In this document: positions 18,425 to 27,087 of the stretch, one piece after another
Layout of the letters: each line of letters begins with the position of its first letter
How positions within the stretch are numbered: the stretch's first letter is position 1
IMG/VR virus record: IMGVR_UViG_3300031949_000350
Span: 15,470-79,469 of that record
Direction: 5' to 3' (one strand)
From: a virus
Length of the DNA stretch: 64,000 nucleotides
Notes under the pieces: model-generated
What the model saw: only the letters and a program-made list of their open reading frames with translations
What the model was told of the DNA's origin: nothing
Database searches by the model: none
Position numbers and translations under genes: made by a program

Positions 18425-19168
18425 ATGCTGGACAAGCTACTCGACCTTATCAAGCGTAGGGGCGGGCACCGTATGATTACACGAGATGGAAAGCCTTACC
18501 TTGAACGCTTCTATCTGTTCAAGACTAGCTGGCTCACGATCATGATTCACAAGTTCTGGGCGAGCGACCCGGACGAGCCGCATGACCATCCGTGGAATTG
18601 GGCTTCGCTCGTGCTTCGCGGTAGCTATCGAGAGCACGGAGTTGACGGGGTTAGTACCCTACGCCATCCTCTTAGTTTCCGCATCCGGCGAGCCGAAGAG
18701 TTCCATAGGATTGAGGCTTTCTGTCCTGGCTGGACGACTACTCTCTTCTTCACTGGCAAACGTCGCCGTGAGTGGGGCTTCCTCCGGGGCGAGAAGTGGA
18801 TTCCTGCTAGCGAGTATGACCGGCAGGAAGTGGAGATCCAGGGCCGTGACTTCGTAGTCGAGGGGATCTTCTTCCCGAAAGTGCGATATCTCAAAGCTCG
18901 GCACACTCATCTCGATGCTGAGACTGATTGTATGCTACCGGTGAAGACAGGAGATCCGATTGTAAAGCATGAACCTGCACGGAGGTTCACGGATGAGCAG
19001 ATCATTCAAGGGCTGTTTGGGGTGTTTCCAGTTCCGGCTTCCTCCAATGCAACAGACGGCCGCTTTGCCATTGAGAAGCTGATCGAAGTCGTGGACTACG
19101 TTGCGAAGCTAGAAGCCAGGGTAGATGAACTGGAGTGGGACAAGATTGAGGAGGATAATTGGTGCTGA
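18425..19168 (+). CDS. Cupin-like phage protein
   Basis: IHKF..SD..PHDHPW..L.G.Y.E..FHRIE..WGF. Confidence 0.7.
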   Translation: MLDKLLDLIKRRGGHRMITRDGKPYLERFYLFKTSWLTIMIHKFWASDPDEPHDHPWNWASLVLRGSYREHGVDGVSTLRHPLSFRIRRAEEFHRIEAFCPGWTTTLFFTGKRRREWGFLRGEKWIPASEYDRQEVEIQGRDFVVEGIFFPKVRYLKARHTHLDAETDCMLPVKTGDPIVKHEPARRFTDEQIIQGLFGVFPVPASSNATDGRFAIEKLIEVVDYVAKLEARVDELEWDKIEEDNWC

Positions 19169-19261
19169 ACAAGTATGAGCGATTCTTTCTGTGGTTTGCG
19201 GCCGGTCTGTCAGTGGGTCACTTTGCTGATTACATTTGGTCACTTATGGAGAAACTATAAT

Positions 19262-19414
19262 ATGTCACAAGCAGCAGTCGATGCAACAAGCGCTCTCAGA
19301 GCCAATAACAAGTTTCTTGCTGAGAAAGTGGTTGAGTTGATTGATTATATCTCCAATCTTGAGGCTAGGATCAAGAGTCTTGAGGATAATGATAGTTGGG
19401 CGGTTTGGGTATGA
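19262..19414 (+). CDS. Small coiled-coil protein
   Basis: Similar to the C-terminus of the upstream ORF. Confidence 0.45.
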   Translation: MSQAAVDATSALRANNKFLAEKVVELIDYISNLEARIKSLEDNDSWAVWV

Positions 19415-20409
19415 AGATTGGTCTTAGCTATGGTGACGTGTGCATGGTGCCGCGGTATAATAACGTGGTCAGCCGCTCCGTCCCTTCCTTCAAGACAATG
19501 GCTACTAAGAACAGCTTCATGAGCATCCCGATCTTCGCGGCCAACATGGACACGATTATCGGGCCGGAGCTTGCGGAGGTGCTGATCAAGTTCGGTAGCA
19601 TCCCGATCTTCCACCGCTTCTACCGGGAGAATGATGACACTGTTCATATCAACATGCGGCCGAAGTCTGAACTGATTGATTTGGTCCATAAGTACGAGGA
19701 GAGGTGTTATGTATCTTGGGGTGCTGGTGATCTTGGCTCTTTGTTTAGCTTACTCGCTGATAACGCGCTCAAACCGAGAGGGGTATGTATCGACATCGCA
19801 CATGGTCACTCGATCATGGTCGAGGAAGCAATCAAGCGCATCAAGGACCGATTCGATGGGACCGAAGTAATCGCTGGGAATGTCTGCACGGTAGACGCGG
19901 TAATGGATCTTGCCCACTGGGGCGCTGACGCTGTCAAGGTAGGGATCGGCCCAGGATCGGTCTGTACCACCCGTCGGATCACAGCTTTCGGCGCTCCCCA
20001 GTTCACTGCGGTACAGGAATGTGCAGAGATGGGCAAGCGCCTCAAGGTGCCGATCATCGCAGATGGCGGTATCCGAGGCTCGCGTGAGATGATCCTGGCG
20101 CTCGCCGCGGGGGCTTCCTCCGTCATGATCGGGGGACTCTTTGCTGAGACTTATGAGGCCGCTGGAAAGGGCAGCTTCCGCGGTCAGGCATCTCAGGCGT
20201 TCCAGAACGACTACTTTGGTGGTGTCAAGGAAGGTACCGTGCCAGAGGGTGTAAGTCGAACAGTCAAGCAGTATGTGTCGGCTGAGGCGAAGATCAAGGA
20301 TCTACTCGCTGGACTGGCGTCCGGTATGACCTACGCTGGAGCAAAGACTATCACTGAACTTCAGGAGAAGGCCGAGTTCATGCAGATTACGCCGAGTTAT
20401 TGGGGCTAG
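19411..20409 (+). CDS. IMP dehydrogenase / GMP reductase family protein lacking CBS domains
   Basis: ANMDT, IDIAHGHS, AGNV, KVGIGPGSVCTTR, IADGGI, VMIGG. Confidence 0.9.
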   Translation: MKIGLSYGDVCMVPRYNNVVSRSVPSFKTMATKNSFMSIPIFAANMDTIIGPELAEVLIKFGSIPIFHRFYRENDDTVHINMRPKSELIDLVHKYEERCYVSWGAGDLGSLFSLLADNALKPRGVCIDIAHGHSIMVEEAIKRIKDRFDGTEVIAGNVCTVDAVMDLAHWGADAVKVGIGPGSVCTTRRITAFGAPQFTAVQECAEMGKRLKVPIIADGGIRGSREMILALAAGASSVMIGGLFAETYEAAGKGSFRGQASQAFQNDYFGGVKEGTVPEGVSRTVKQYVSAEAKIKDLLAGLASGMTYAGAKTITELQEKAEFMQITPSYWG

Positions 20410-20676
20410 CGATGAAGTGCAAGCATTGCCGCAAGGATGTCTACAAGCTTGGGCTGTGCAAGATGCACTATCTTCAATACACATTGAGAAAGAAGAACAA
20501 GTGATGGAACGATGCGACAGATTCATTCCCGGCCATAAGGGCGTAGGAACTCAGTGTATTCTAACTAAGGGTCATCAGGATTCCAAGAAGCCTGAGTATG
20601 CCGTTTGCTGTGCGGACGCGGCTACGCTACTTCATCGCGCTAAAGACGGCAAGTATCTCGACAAACCGGCCAAGCC

Positions 20677-21165
20677 GTGATGTTCGGATTCATCCCGCCT
20701 GAAGTGGCGAGCTATCTACAGATGATGCAGGCTGCGTTCGAGGCAGATGAGGCCAATACGCAGATCATCAAGTTAGTAGTCAAGAAGACCCGTTGCATGG
20801 GCTGCGGCAAATTCATGAGTTTGGACAACACTTATCTGAACATTATGCCAATGGGCTACGGACACATGATCGAGTCCTGCATTACCAGCATCGTCACTAA
20901 GATCAGAGCCAACATGGAATCGTGGGACTGGAACAAGCACGAGCAGATCAACCCTAAGCCAGATACGATTATGTCGGCTAGAGAGGAAAGCGATGAAGAA
21001 CGGAGAGATCGAGTTCAAGCTGAAGGCGAAGGACATCGAGAAGTACAAGAGGCGGAAGCCGGAATTTGGCCCGTTGGGGCTATTGACTTACAAGCGGACC
21101 TATGCCCGCCTGCTGGAGAATGGGAAGACGGAGGATTGGTGGCAGACAGTTCAGAGGGTGGTTGA
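20677..21165 (+). CDS. Hypothetical protein (3' end overlaps nrdJ)
   Basis: ORF coupled to upstream ORF; CxxC. Confidence 0.4.
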   Translation: MMFGFIPPEVASYLQMMQAAFEADEANTQIIKLVVKKTRCMGCGKFMSLDNTYLNIMPMGYGHMIESCITSIVTKIRANMESWDWNKHEQINPKPDTIMSAREESDEERRDRVQAEGEGHREVQEAEAGIWPVGAIDLQADLCPPAGEWEDGGLVADSSEGG

Positions 21166-22963
21166 GGGTTGCTTTCTCGTTCAAAAGCAACATTGTCTTT
21201 GGTGGAAGTTGATCTGGAACGAGCGGCAGGCGCAGATCTCCGCGTTGAACATGTACGATCTGATCTTCAGCTTCAAGTTCCTTCCTCCGGGCCGTGGCCT
21301 GTGGAGTATGGGCACTCCCTTCATGTTTGAGAAGGGCTCAGCTTGTTTGAACAATTGCGGGTTCGTCTCGACTGATAACATCAACAAGGAGTTCGTGGAG
21401 CCATTCGTCTGGCTGATGGATATGAGCATGAATGGTGTGGGGGTGGGTTTCGATACGGATGGAGCGAAGAAGAATGTCTTCCTGCGCAAACCTCACCGTG
21501 GTACAGAGATTCACGTCGTGGAAGACTCCAGGGAGGGCTGGGTTGTTGCTTTCCGGCGGGTTCTTGAGGCATACACAGGGAGAAATACTCTCCCTGCTAG
21601 CTTCGACTACAGTCTGATTCGTCCTGCCGGTTCCGTCATCAAGGGCTTCGGTGGAATCGCCCCCGGGCCTGATCCTTTGATCAAACTGGTAGAGCGGACG
21701 GAGCGGCTCTGTGAATCCTACGTCACGGCTGATGAATGGGTGGATTCTACGTTTATTGTTGATTTGATGAATTATGTCGGTGCGGCCGTTGTAGCGGGTG
21801 GTATCCGCCGAACGGCTGAGATCGCTTTCGGCTCTCCTCTGGACGAGGCGTTCCTTACCCTGAAGGATCAGGCAAACATCGACAATCCTGAGCTTGCCCG
21901 CTGGGCTAGCAACAATTCACTGATCGTCAAGGTTGGGGAGTCCTATTCCGCAGCGATTCGTTCCGCGACGAATGGGGAGCCCGGTTTCTTCTGGTTGGAT
22001 AACGCACGGGCGTATGGACGCATCGCTGACGGCAAAAACTGGAAGGACAAAAGGGCAAAGGGCTGCAATCCGTGCGGGGAGCAGACCTTGGAGTCGTTCG
22101 AGCTTTGCAACCTCGTGGAGACGTTTCCGTCACGGCATGAGAGTCTGAAGGAGTATATGGGGACGTTGAAGTACGCCTATATGTACGCCAAGACCACGAC
22201 TCTTCTCCCAACCCATGACGGTCGGACGAACGCGGTTATGTTCCGCAATCGGCGGATCGGATTATCGCAGTCTGGTATCATCGAGAACATCAACAGGGTC
22301 GGCTTCCGTGAGCACATCAATTGGTGCGACAAGGGCTATGATGAGGTGCAGCGGTGGGATGAGATTTATTCTGATTGGCTGTGTGTACCGCGCTCGATTA
22401 AGACGACCACGGTCAAGCCTAGCGGCACAGTGAGTCTATTGCCCGGCATTTCCCCTGGTATTCACTTTCCTCACTCCGAATACTACATTCGGCGCGTGCG
22501 ACTGAACAAGACAAGTGAACTGGTTGACAAGCTGATGAATGCAGGCTATCATGTTGAACAGGACTTTTACGAAAAGGATCAGACCGTAGTAGCAGAGTTC
22601 CCTGTCCATGAGAAGCACTTCAAACGGAGCAAGGATGAGGTGAGCATCTGGGAGCAGCTTGAGTTAGCGGCAGCTATGCAAGCTAAATGGTCTGATAATC
22701 AGGTTAGCATTACGATCACTGTGAGGCCGGAAGAGGCCCGTGACCTCCCCCGCGCCCTATCTATGTATGAGAAGCGGCTGAAGGCGGTCAGCTTCCTCCC
22801 GCTTCGGGGGGATCAGGTCTACAAGCAGGCTCCTTATGAAGCGATCACGAAAGAGAAGTATGAAGAGATGGACGCTAAGCTCAAGCCACTCAAGCTGGAT
22901 GTGACAGATCAGGCCGACCGCGTGATTGACAAGATGTGCGATGGGGAGACTTGTTTAATCTAA
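20993..22963 (+). CDS. nrdJ: Class II (B12-dependent) ribonucleotide reductase
   Basis: RTYAR, PPGRGLW, LNNC, GVGVGF, RRTAEI, NPCGEQ.LE..ELCNL, KPSGTVS, C-terminal CDGETC. Confidence 0.95.
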   Translation: MKNGEIEFKLKAKDIEKYKRRKPEFGPLGLLTYKRTYARLLENGKTEDWWQTVQRVVEGCFLVQKQHCLWWKLIWNERQAQISALNMYDLIFSFKFLPPGRGLWSMGTPFMFEKGSACLNNCGFVSTDNINKEFVEPFVWLMDMSMNGVGVGFDTDGAKKNVFLRKPHRGTEIHVVEDSREGWVVAFRRVLEAYTGRNTLPASFDYSLIRPAGSVIKGFGGIAPGPDPLIKLVERTERLCESYVTADEWVDSTFIVDLMNYVGAAVVAGGIRRTAEIAFGSPLDEAFLTLKDQANIDNPELARWASNNSLIVKVGESYSAAIRSATNGEPGFFWLDNARAYGRIADGKNWKDKRAKGCNPCGEQTLESFELCNLVETFPSRHESLKEYMGTLKYAYMYAKTTTLLPTHDGRTNAVMFRNRRIGLSQSGIIENINRVGFREHINWCDKGYDEVQRWDEIYSDWLCVPRSIKTTTVKPSGTVSLLPGISPGIHFPHSEYYIRRVRLNKTSELVDKLMNAGYHVEQDFYEKDQTVVAEFPVHEKHFKRSKDEVSIWEQLELAAAMQAKWSDNQVSITITVRPEEARDLPRALSMYEKRLKAVSFLPLRGDQVYKQAPYEAITKEKYEEMDAKLKPLKLDVTDQADRVIDKMCDGETCLI

Positions 22964-22966
22964 CTG

Positions 22967-23002
22967 GGACAGCGCTCAGCGCGAAACGGTATTATCTAGT
23001 AG
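22967..23002 (+). promoter_or_regulatory. Conserved phage promoter motif upstream of the AAA ATPase
   Basis: GGAC(22967)...GAAACGGTATTATCTAGTAG. Confidence 0.75.
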
Positions 23003-23014
23003 GGAGGAAACCAA

Positions 23015-24157
23015 ATGACACAGAATTTTGCCTGGATGGATACGCTCATTGCCTCGGGTCACCGGTTCGCGGTCAACGACAACTGCTCATTCTCGATGCT
23101 CTTTCAGTTCTCCGCCAACTTCACCGCGAGACATATTGTCTCTCACCGGGTGAATGGGCTGGTGGACATCGACAAGCTCACCTCCATTTTGGAATCGAAG
23201 GGTATGGAGCAGATCCGTACCCACAAGATGCACGGTACGGCTAGTGAGCTTATTGGCAACACCGTCATCAAGAATGAGTTCCAAAAGACTTCGTCCATCT
23301 ACTCGACTGACTGGACCTTCGTTATGTTGGTGCGCAATGCGTACAATCCAGGCTTCGATCTGCACGTCATGGATGCCTCGGAGAATAAGGAGTTCAGCAC
23401 CCTGTTCGAGACTGAACTGTTCCAAATGTTCACCAACGACAAAGAGAAGAAGGGATCGGTATTCGCCCTGATGATGAACGACGGATCGCTGGATCTTGCC
23501 AAGCTGGGTGAGATGAAAGACCCACTCGTGAAGGAAAACTACATGCCGGAAGTGGTCGAGGCGTTCGATCACATCTGCGCTTGCCTGTCCTCTCAGACTC
23601 CCTGTGGGCGCATCGCGATGCTGGACGGGCCTCCCGGTACCGGCAAGAGCTTCATGATCCGCAGTCTGATCCATCAAGTGAAGGGCGTCCACATCATCAT
23701 CCCTGGCAGCATGGTTGCGGATCTCAGCAGTCCTAACTTCCTCTCCATTCTTCATGGGGCGCACGAGGCGGGCAAGCCGCTCGTGCTGATCATCGAAGAT
23801 GCGGATCTGCTCGTGGTCAACCGTAAGCAGGGCAACCTCCGTATTCTCTCTGACGTGCTCAACCTCGGAGATGGACTTCTCGGCCAGATGCTCGACATCC
23901 GAATCATTGCCAGCACCAACGCCAAGCGGATTGAGCTTGACGAGGCAGTGACTCGGCCCGGCCGTATGTGCCGTCACACGACGATCAGTACGCTTCCTTA
24001 TGATCAGGCGAAGGAAATCTACAAGCGCCTGACTGATAAGGAGGCCACCTTCAAGAAGCGTACCTACACTCTGGCTGAGATCTATCGCTTCGCACGCCAG
24101 GACGGCTGGACGGCGGAGGAGAAGACTCCGACGTATGAGGGCGGAAACTATGCCTAA
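23015..24157 (+). CDS. AAA+ ATPase
   Basis: GPPGTGKS, IIEDAD, LNLGDG, STN, RPGR. Confidence 0.9.
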   Translation: MTQNFAWMDTLIASGHRFAVNDNCSFSMLFQFSANFTARHIVSHRVNGLVDIDKLTSILESKGMEQIRTHKMHGTASELIGNTVIKNEFQKTSSIYSTDWTFVMLVRNAYNPGFDLHVMDASENKEFSTLFETELFQMFTNDKEKKGSVFALMMNDGSLDLAKLGEMKDPLVKENYMPEVVEAFDHICACLSSQTPCGRIAMLDGPPGTGKSFMIRSLIHQVKGVHIIIPGSMVADLSSPNFLSILHGAHEAGKPLVLIIEDADLLVVNRKQGNLRILSDVLNLGDGLLGQMLDIRIIASTNAKRIELDEAVTRPGRMCRHTTISTLPYDQAKEIYKRLTDKEATFKKRTYTLAEIYRFARQDGWTAEEKTPTYEGGNYA

Positions 24158-24338
24158 GGTATTTATCGTCCAGTTCAGAGATTCCTTTGAAGAGGATTGG
24201 TGGGTTGAGAAGGTCTATTCCAACAAAGAAGCTGCCGATAAGGAGTCGGAAAGACTGAACAAGAAGCACCTATCTAAGACTAGAGACATGTACGGAGACG
24301 GATGGAGTGTGATAGAGCAGGAGGTTCATGATGCCTAA
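24150..24338 (+). CDS. Small hypothetical phage protein
   Basis: KVFIV..VEKVYSNKEAA..EQEV pattern; coupled ORF. Confidence 0.5.
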   Translation: MPKVFIVQFRDSFEEDWWVEKVYSNKEAADKESERLNKKHLSKTRDMYGDGWSVIEQEVHDA

Positions 24339-25023
24339 CATGCACACAGGAGTCAAAGCCTCCGTTCTCGATCATGGTTATGTTCAACTCTACGACTACA
24401 TGGGGGACGATCTGAGGATCGTGAACAACGCCCGGCAGTCATTCGGGCAGTCATCGGTCGAGTTCGGAGAGAAGGAAGAGGGGTTGATCAACTTCCTGAT
24501 GAAGAACCGCCACGGCACTCCGTTCGAGGCTGTGGTATATCAGTTCAATGTGAAGTGCCCGATCTTCGTGGCCCGGGAGTGGTTCCGACATCGCATCGGT
24601 AGCTTCAATGAGTACAGCGGGCGCTACTCCAAGATGATCAATGAGTTCTACATACCCGAGAACGTTCGCACTCAGACTGGTAAGCCTGGAGCCTACAAGT
24701 TCGGTCCCATCGATGACGGGTCGGAGGCTTGGTTCAAGAGCGAGCTATATGCCTCTTGCGGCAATGCCTTCATCCTCTACGAAAATGCTCTGAAGGCCGG
24801 AGTCGCAAAGGAGCTTGCCAGACTCGTGCTTCCGGTGAATATCTACACACAGTTCACTTGGACTGTGAACCTTCGCTCCCTGCTCAACTTCGTCAGCCTA
24901 CGCAGCGCTGAGAACGCCATGTACGAGATTCGGCGCTACTCGTTGACCATCGAGAACATGATCCACGAGACAGTGCCTTCGGCCTACAAGGCGTTCGTGG
25001 CAAATGGAGGTGAAGCACCGTGA
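24328..25023 (+). CDS. thyX: Flavin-dependent thymidylate synthase
   Basis: HGTPFE, PIFVAREWFRHRIGSFNEYSGRY, ARLVLP, NLRSLLNF. Confidence 0.96.
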   Translation: MMPNMHTGVKASVLDHGYVQLYDYMGDDLRIVNNARQSFGQSSVEFGEKEEGLINFLMKNRHGTPFEAVVYQFNVKCPIFVAREWFRHRIGSFNEYSGRYSKMINEFYIPENVRTQTGKPGAYKFGPIDDGSEAWFKSELYASCGNAFILYENALKAGVAKELARLVLPVNIYTQFTWTVNLRSLLNFVSLRSAENAMYEIRRYSLTIENMIHETVPSAYKAFVANGGEAP

Positions 25024-25202
25024 TGGCATACGATATCGTTCGAGTCATGCGTGATCTTACAGATGCGTGCAAGCAGTATGAGATTTCAGATCTCAACTGC
25101 TCTCGTATGCTCCCACAGCACGCAGAAGAAGTGATGCTGGAATTTGAGAGGTTTGTTAAACTGATCACCCAAATGCAGGGTGAAATTAAAGAAAGGAAAT
25201 AG
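25020..25202 (+). CDS. Hypothetical protein
   Basis: Coupled short ORF. Confidence 0.45.
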   Translation: MMAYDIVRVMRDLTDACKQYEISDLNCSRMLPQHAEEVMLEFERFVKLITQMQGEIKERK

Positions 25203-25207
25203 TACAC

Positions 25208-25426
25208 ATGACGAATGATGAAATTCTTAATCGATTCACTTATCACAAAGCTAGCCCTGAGGGGACTGTTAAGCATCATGAGCTTTCCAGGTTATTCGTT
25301 GAGCTTGCCAGTCAAGTTGATCTGCTCTGCCCGGACGGGCGGGAGAAGTCGCTGACCTTCACGGCGCTTCAGGAGGCCAAGATGTGGGCGAGCGCGGCGG
25401 TTGCTTGCAACCCCAAGACGTGCTAG
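25208..25426 (+). CDS. Acb2/Tad1-like hairpin protein (putative immune-signal sponge)
   Basis: NRFTYH..CPDGREKSL..T.LQEA.MWA.AAVA. Confidence 0.7.
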   Translation: MTNDEILNRFTYHKASPEGTVKHHELSRLFVELASQVDLLCPDGREKSLTFTALQEAKMWASAAVACNPKTC

Positions 25427-25442
25427 TTAGTATAAACTAGCC

Positions 25443-25479
25443 GGACGGCATCTTTCGACAGACGGTATTATCTAAGTAG
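25443..25479 (+). promoter_or_regulatory. Conserved phage promoter motif upstream of the small SH3/KOW-like gene
   Basis: GGAC(25443)...ACGGTATTATCTAAGTAG. Confidence 0.72.
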
Positions 25480-25522
25480 AGGCGGTTTCAGTAGCAGGAG
25501 CTATTAAACAAAGGAGACGAAT

Positions 25523-25729
25523 ATGGCTAATTTCACTGTTGGTGAGCGTGTGTTCATCGAGTCGGGAGTTCCGAAGCGGTATCTCGACCGTACCGGTGTG
25601 ATCACTGGTACCGTTCCCCGCGGCCGTGGCGTTCAGTACACGGTTGCTTTTCCGGGTCGCCGCGTTCGCGATTTCCGGGTGTCTGGTGCTAACCTTACGC
25701 GAGCGATCAAACAGTATTTTGCCGCTTGA
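25523..25729 (+). CDS. Small basic SH3/KOW-like protein
   Basis: F.VGERVFI..RTGVI..YTVAF beta pattern; strong SD aaaggag; Arg-rich. Confidence 0.7.
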   Translation: MANFTVGERVFIESGVPKRYLDRTGVITGTVPRGRGVQYTVAFPGRRVRDFRVSGANLTRAIKQYFAA

Positions 25730-25739
25730 TTTAAAGTAT

Positions 25740-26007
25740 AGGGAAAGCCGCCTTCAGGCTTGACTGGTAGGAGAGACTGCCACTTCTTGGCATAGGCCAA
25801 ACAGCAACGGACCACCGGAAGGGAAACTGCTGGATCGTGTCCCGAAAGGGCCGCCTACTTAGAGCGCGCTGCGGAGCAGGACGACACTTACTGAACTTAC
25901 ACGGTCTGGTCTATGCCAAGAAGTGGTTGGGTAAAGCAATGCCAACACGCGGGTTTCAATGGCGTTTCGAGTAGCAACGCAAATTCCCAGGCTACCGAAC
26001 ACTTCTA
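25740..26007 (+). ncRNA. Candidate structured non-coding RNA
   Basis: 21-bp stem 25779-25799/25907-25927 with two G-U pairs, nested stems and GNRA loops, in the largest non-coding gap of the arm. Confidence 0.6.
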
Positions 26008-26027
26008 ATTTCAAAGGGAGGATCAAT

Positions 26028-26603
26028 ATGATTCGTAGTGGACTCAAGATTGGCTTCATGGGTGCGGGTGGTACTGGCAAGACGACCACTGCGAAGGTGG
26101 TAAGCGAGACTCTCAACGTACCGACCATCAAGTCAGCGAGCCGGGCTGTCTATGAACAGGACAATCTCTCTGAAGAGAAGTGCATGGCTCTTGATAATGT
26201 GGGCAAATACGAACTTCAGTTCCGCATCTTCGGGATGAAGACAGAGCTTGATAAGCAGACTTTCGCGTTTGTGGCAGACCGCACACTCCTTGATCATTGG
26301 GCGTACTGCCTGATGTACTGCGGGTCATTTATCCCAAATGATGAATACACCCAGTTTGAAGAGAACGTGCGCGTTCATATGCGCTCAACCTACACTCATC
26401 TCTTCTACTTCCCCTTCGGCTACTGGTTCCCTGAGAAGGGCGATGGTGTGCGACAGGATCATTACTCGTGGCAGAGCGCCATCGACGCGATCATTCTCGG
26501 CTACATTCACCGTTGGCGGCTACCAGTGACGGAAGTGAAGCAGAATAGCGGGGCGCTCGCGCGAAACGAGTTCGTTCTGAACACGATTCGGAGGACCATG
26601 TGA
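26028..26603 (+). CDS. P-loop kinase (AAA_28/NadR-like, possible dNMP kinase)
   Basis: GAGGTGKTT, DRTLLDHWAY, DGVR. Confidence 0.75.
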   Translation: MIRSGLKIGFMGAGGTGKTTTAKVVSETLNVPTIKSASRAVYEQDNLSEEKCMALDNVGKYELQFRIFGMKTELDKQTFAFVADRTLLDHWAYCLMYCGSFIPNDEYTQFEENVRVHMRSTYTHLFYFPFGYWFPEKGDGVRQDHYSWQSAIDAIILGYIHRWRLPVTEVKQNSGALARNEFVLNTIRRTM

Positions 26604-26926
26604 AAAGGCTATTGGCAGTCTGCTTACTCTGCCTGCTTAGCACAGGCTGTAGCACCGGCTACCAGAAGACTATCCTTCTCAGTGAGAACGATGCGGAAGA
26701 ATGCAAGCCCCAGTTCTACCGAAGTGCCCGTAAGTATGTCCACATCAACTTATACAGCAGGAAGAGCCTATTGATCGGAGTCCATGAGTTCCCTGTCTGG
26801 CTTGAGCTTGGGCGAATCGTGAGAGGGGCTAGCGTCCCTACCAATCGTGATAGATTCCTCGGAGAGAAGCCCAAGAAGATGTGGGGAGCCAAGATCGTCA
26901 TCCCCTACAAGGAGCCTACGCTATGA
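26600..26926 (+). CDS. Putative lipoprotein
   Basis: MKRLLAVCLLCLLSTGC lipobox. Confidence 0.6.
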   Translation: MKRLLAVCLLCLLSTGCSTGYQKTILLSENDAEECKPQFYRSARKYVHINLYSRKSLLIGVHEFPVWLELGRIVRGASVPTNRDRFLGEKPKKMWGAKIVIPYKEPTL

Positions 26927-27087
26927 AGGCATACAACTTCCAACTGCTGGTCATTCCTCCGAACGGTATGACCGAGGAACAGATCACGGAGCAATTTGAT
27001 CTGATCTTTGACAAGCTCGCCGAGGAGAAGGGCATTCTTGTCGTCTCTAGCTTCCTAAATGAAATCGAGGCCACCAATGCCCTTTAA
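26923..27087 (+). CDS. Small hypothetical protein
   Basis: ATGA-coupled ORF with SD. Confidence 0.45.
   Translation: MKAYNFQLLVIPPNGMTEEQITEQFDLIFDKLAEEKGILVVSSFLNEIEATNAL

Noticed and set aside
25779-25927. Retron msr/msd suggested by the long inverted repeat
   Set aside because: No reverse transcriptase gene is present in the window
25700-26000. tmRNA, suggested by an ORF ending YFAA-stop and a downstream ACGCGGGTT
   Set aside because: The ORF has its own SD and ATG, and I find no tRNA-like acceptor stem, canonical T-arm or CCA end
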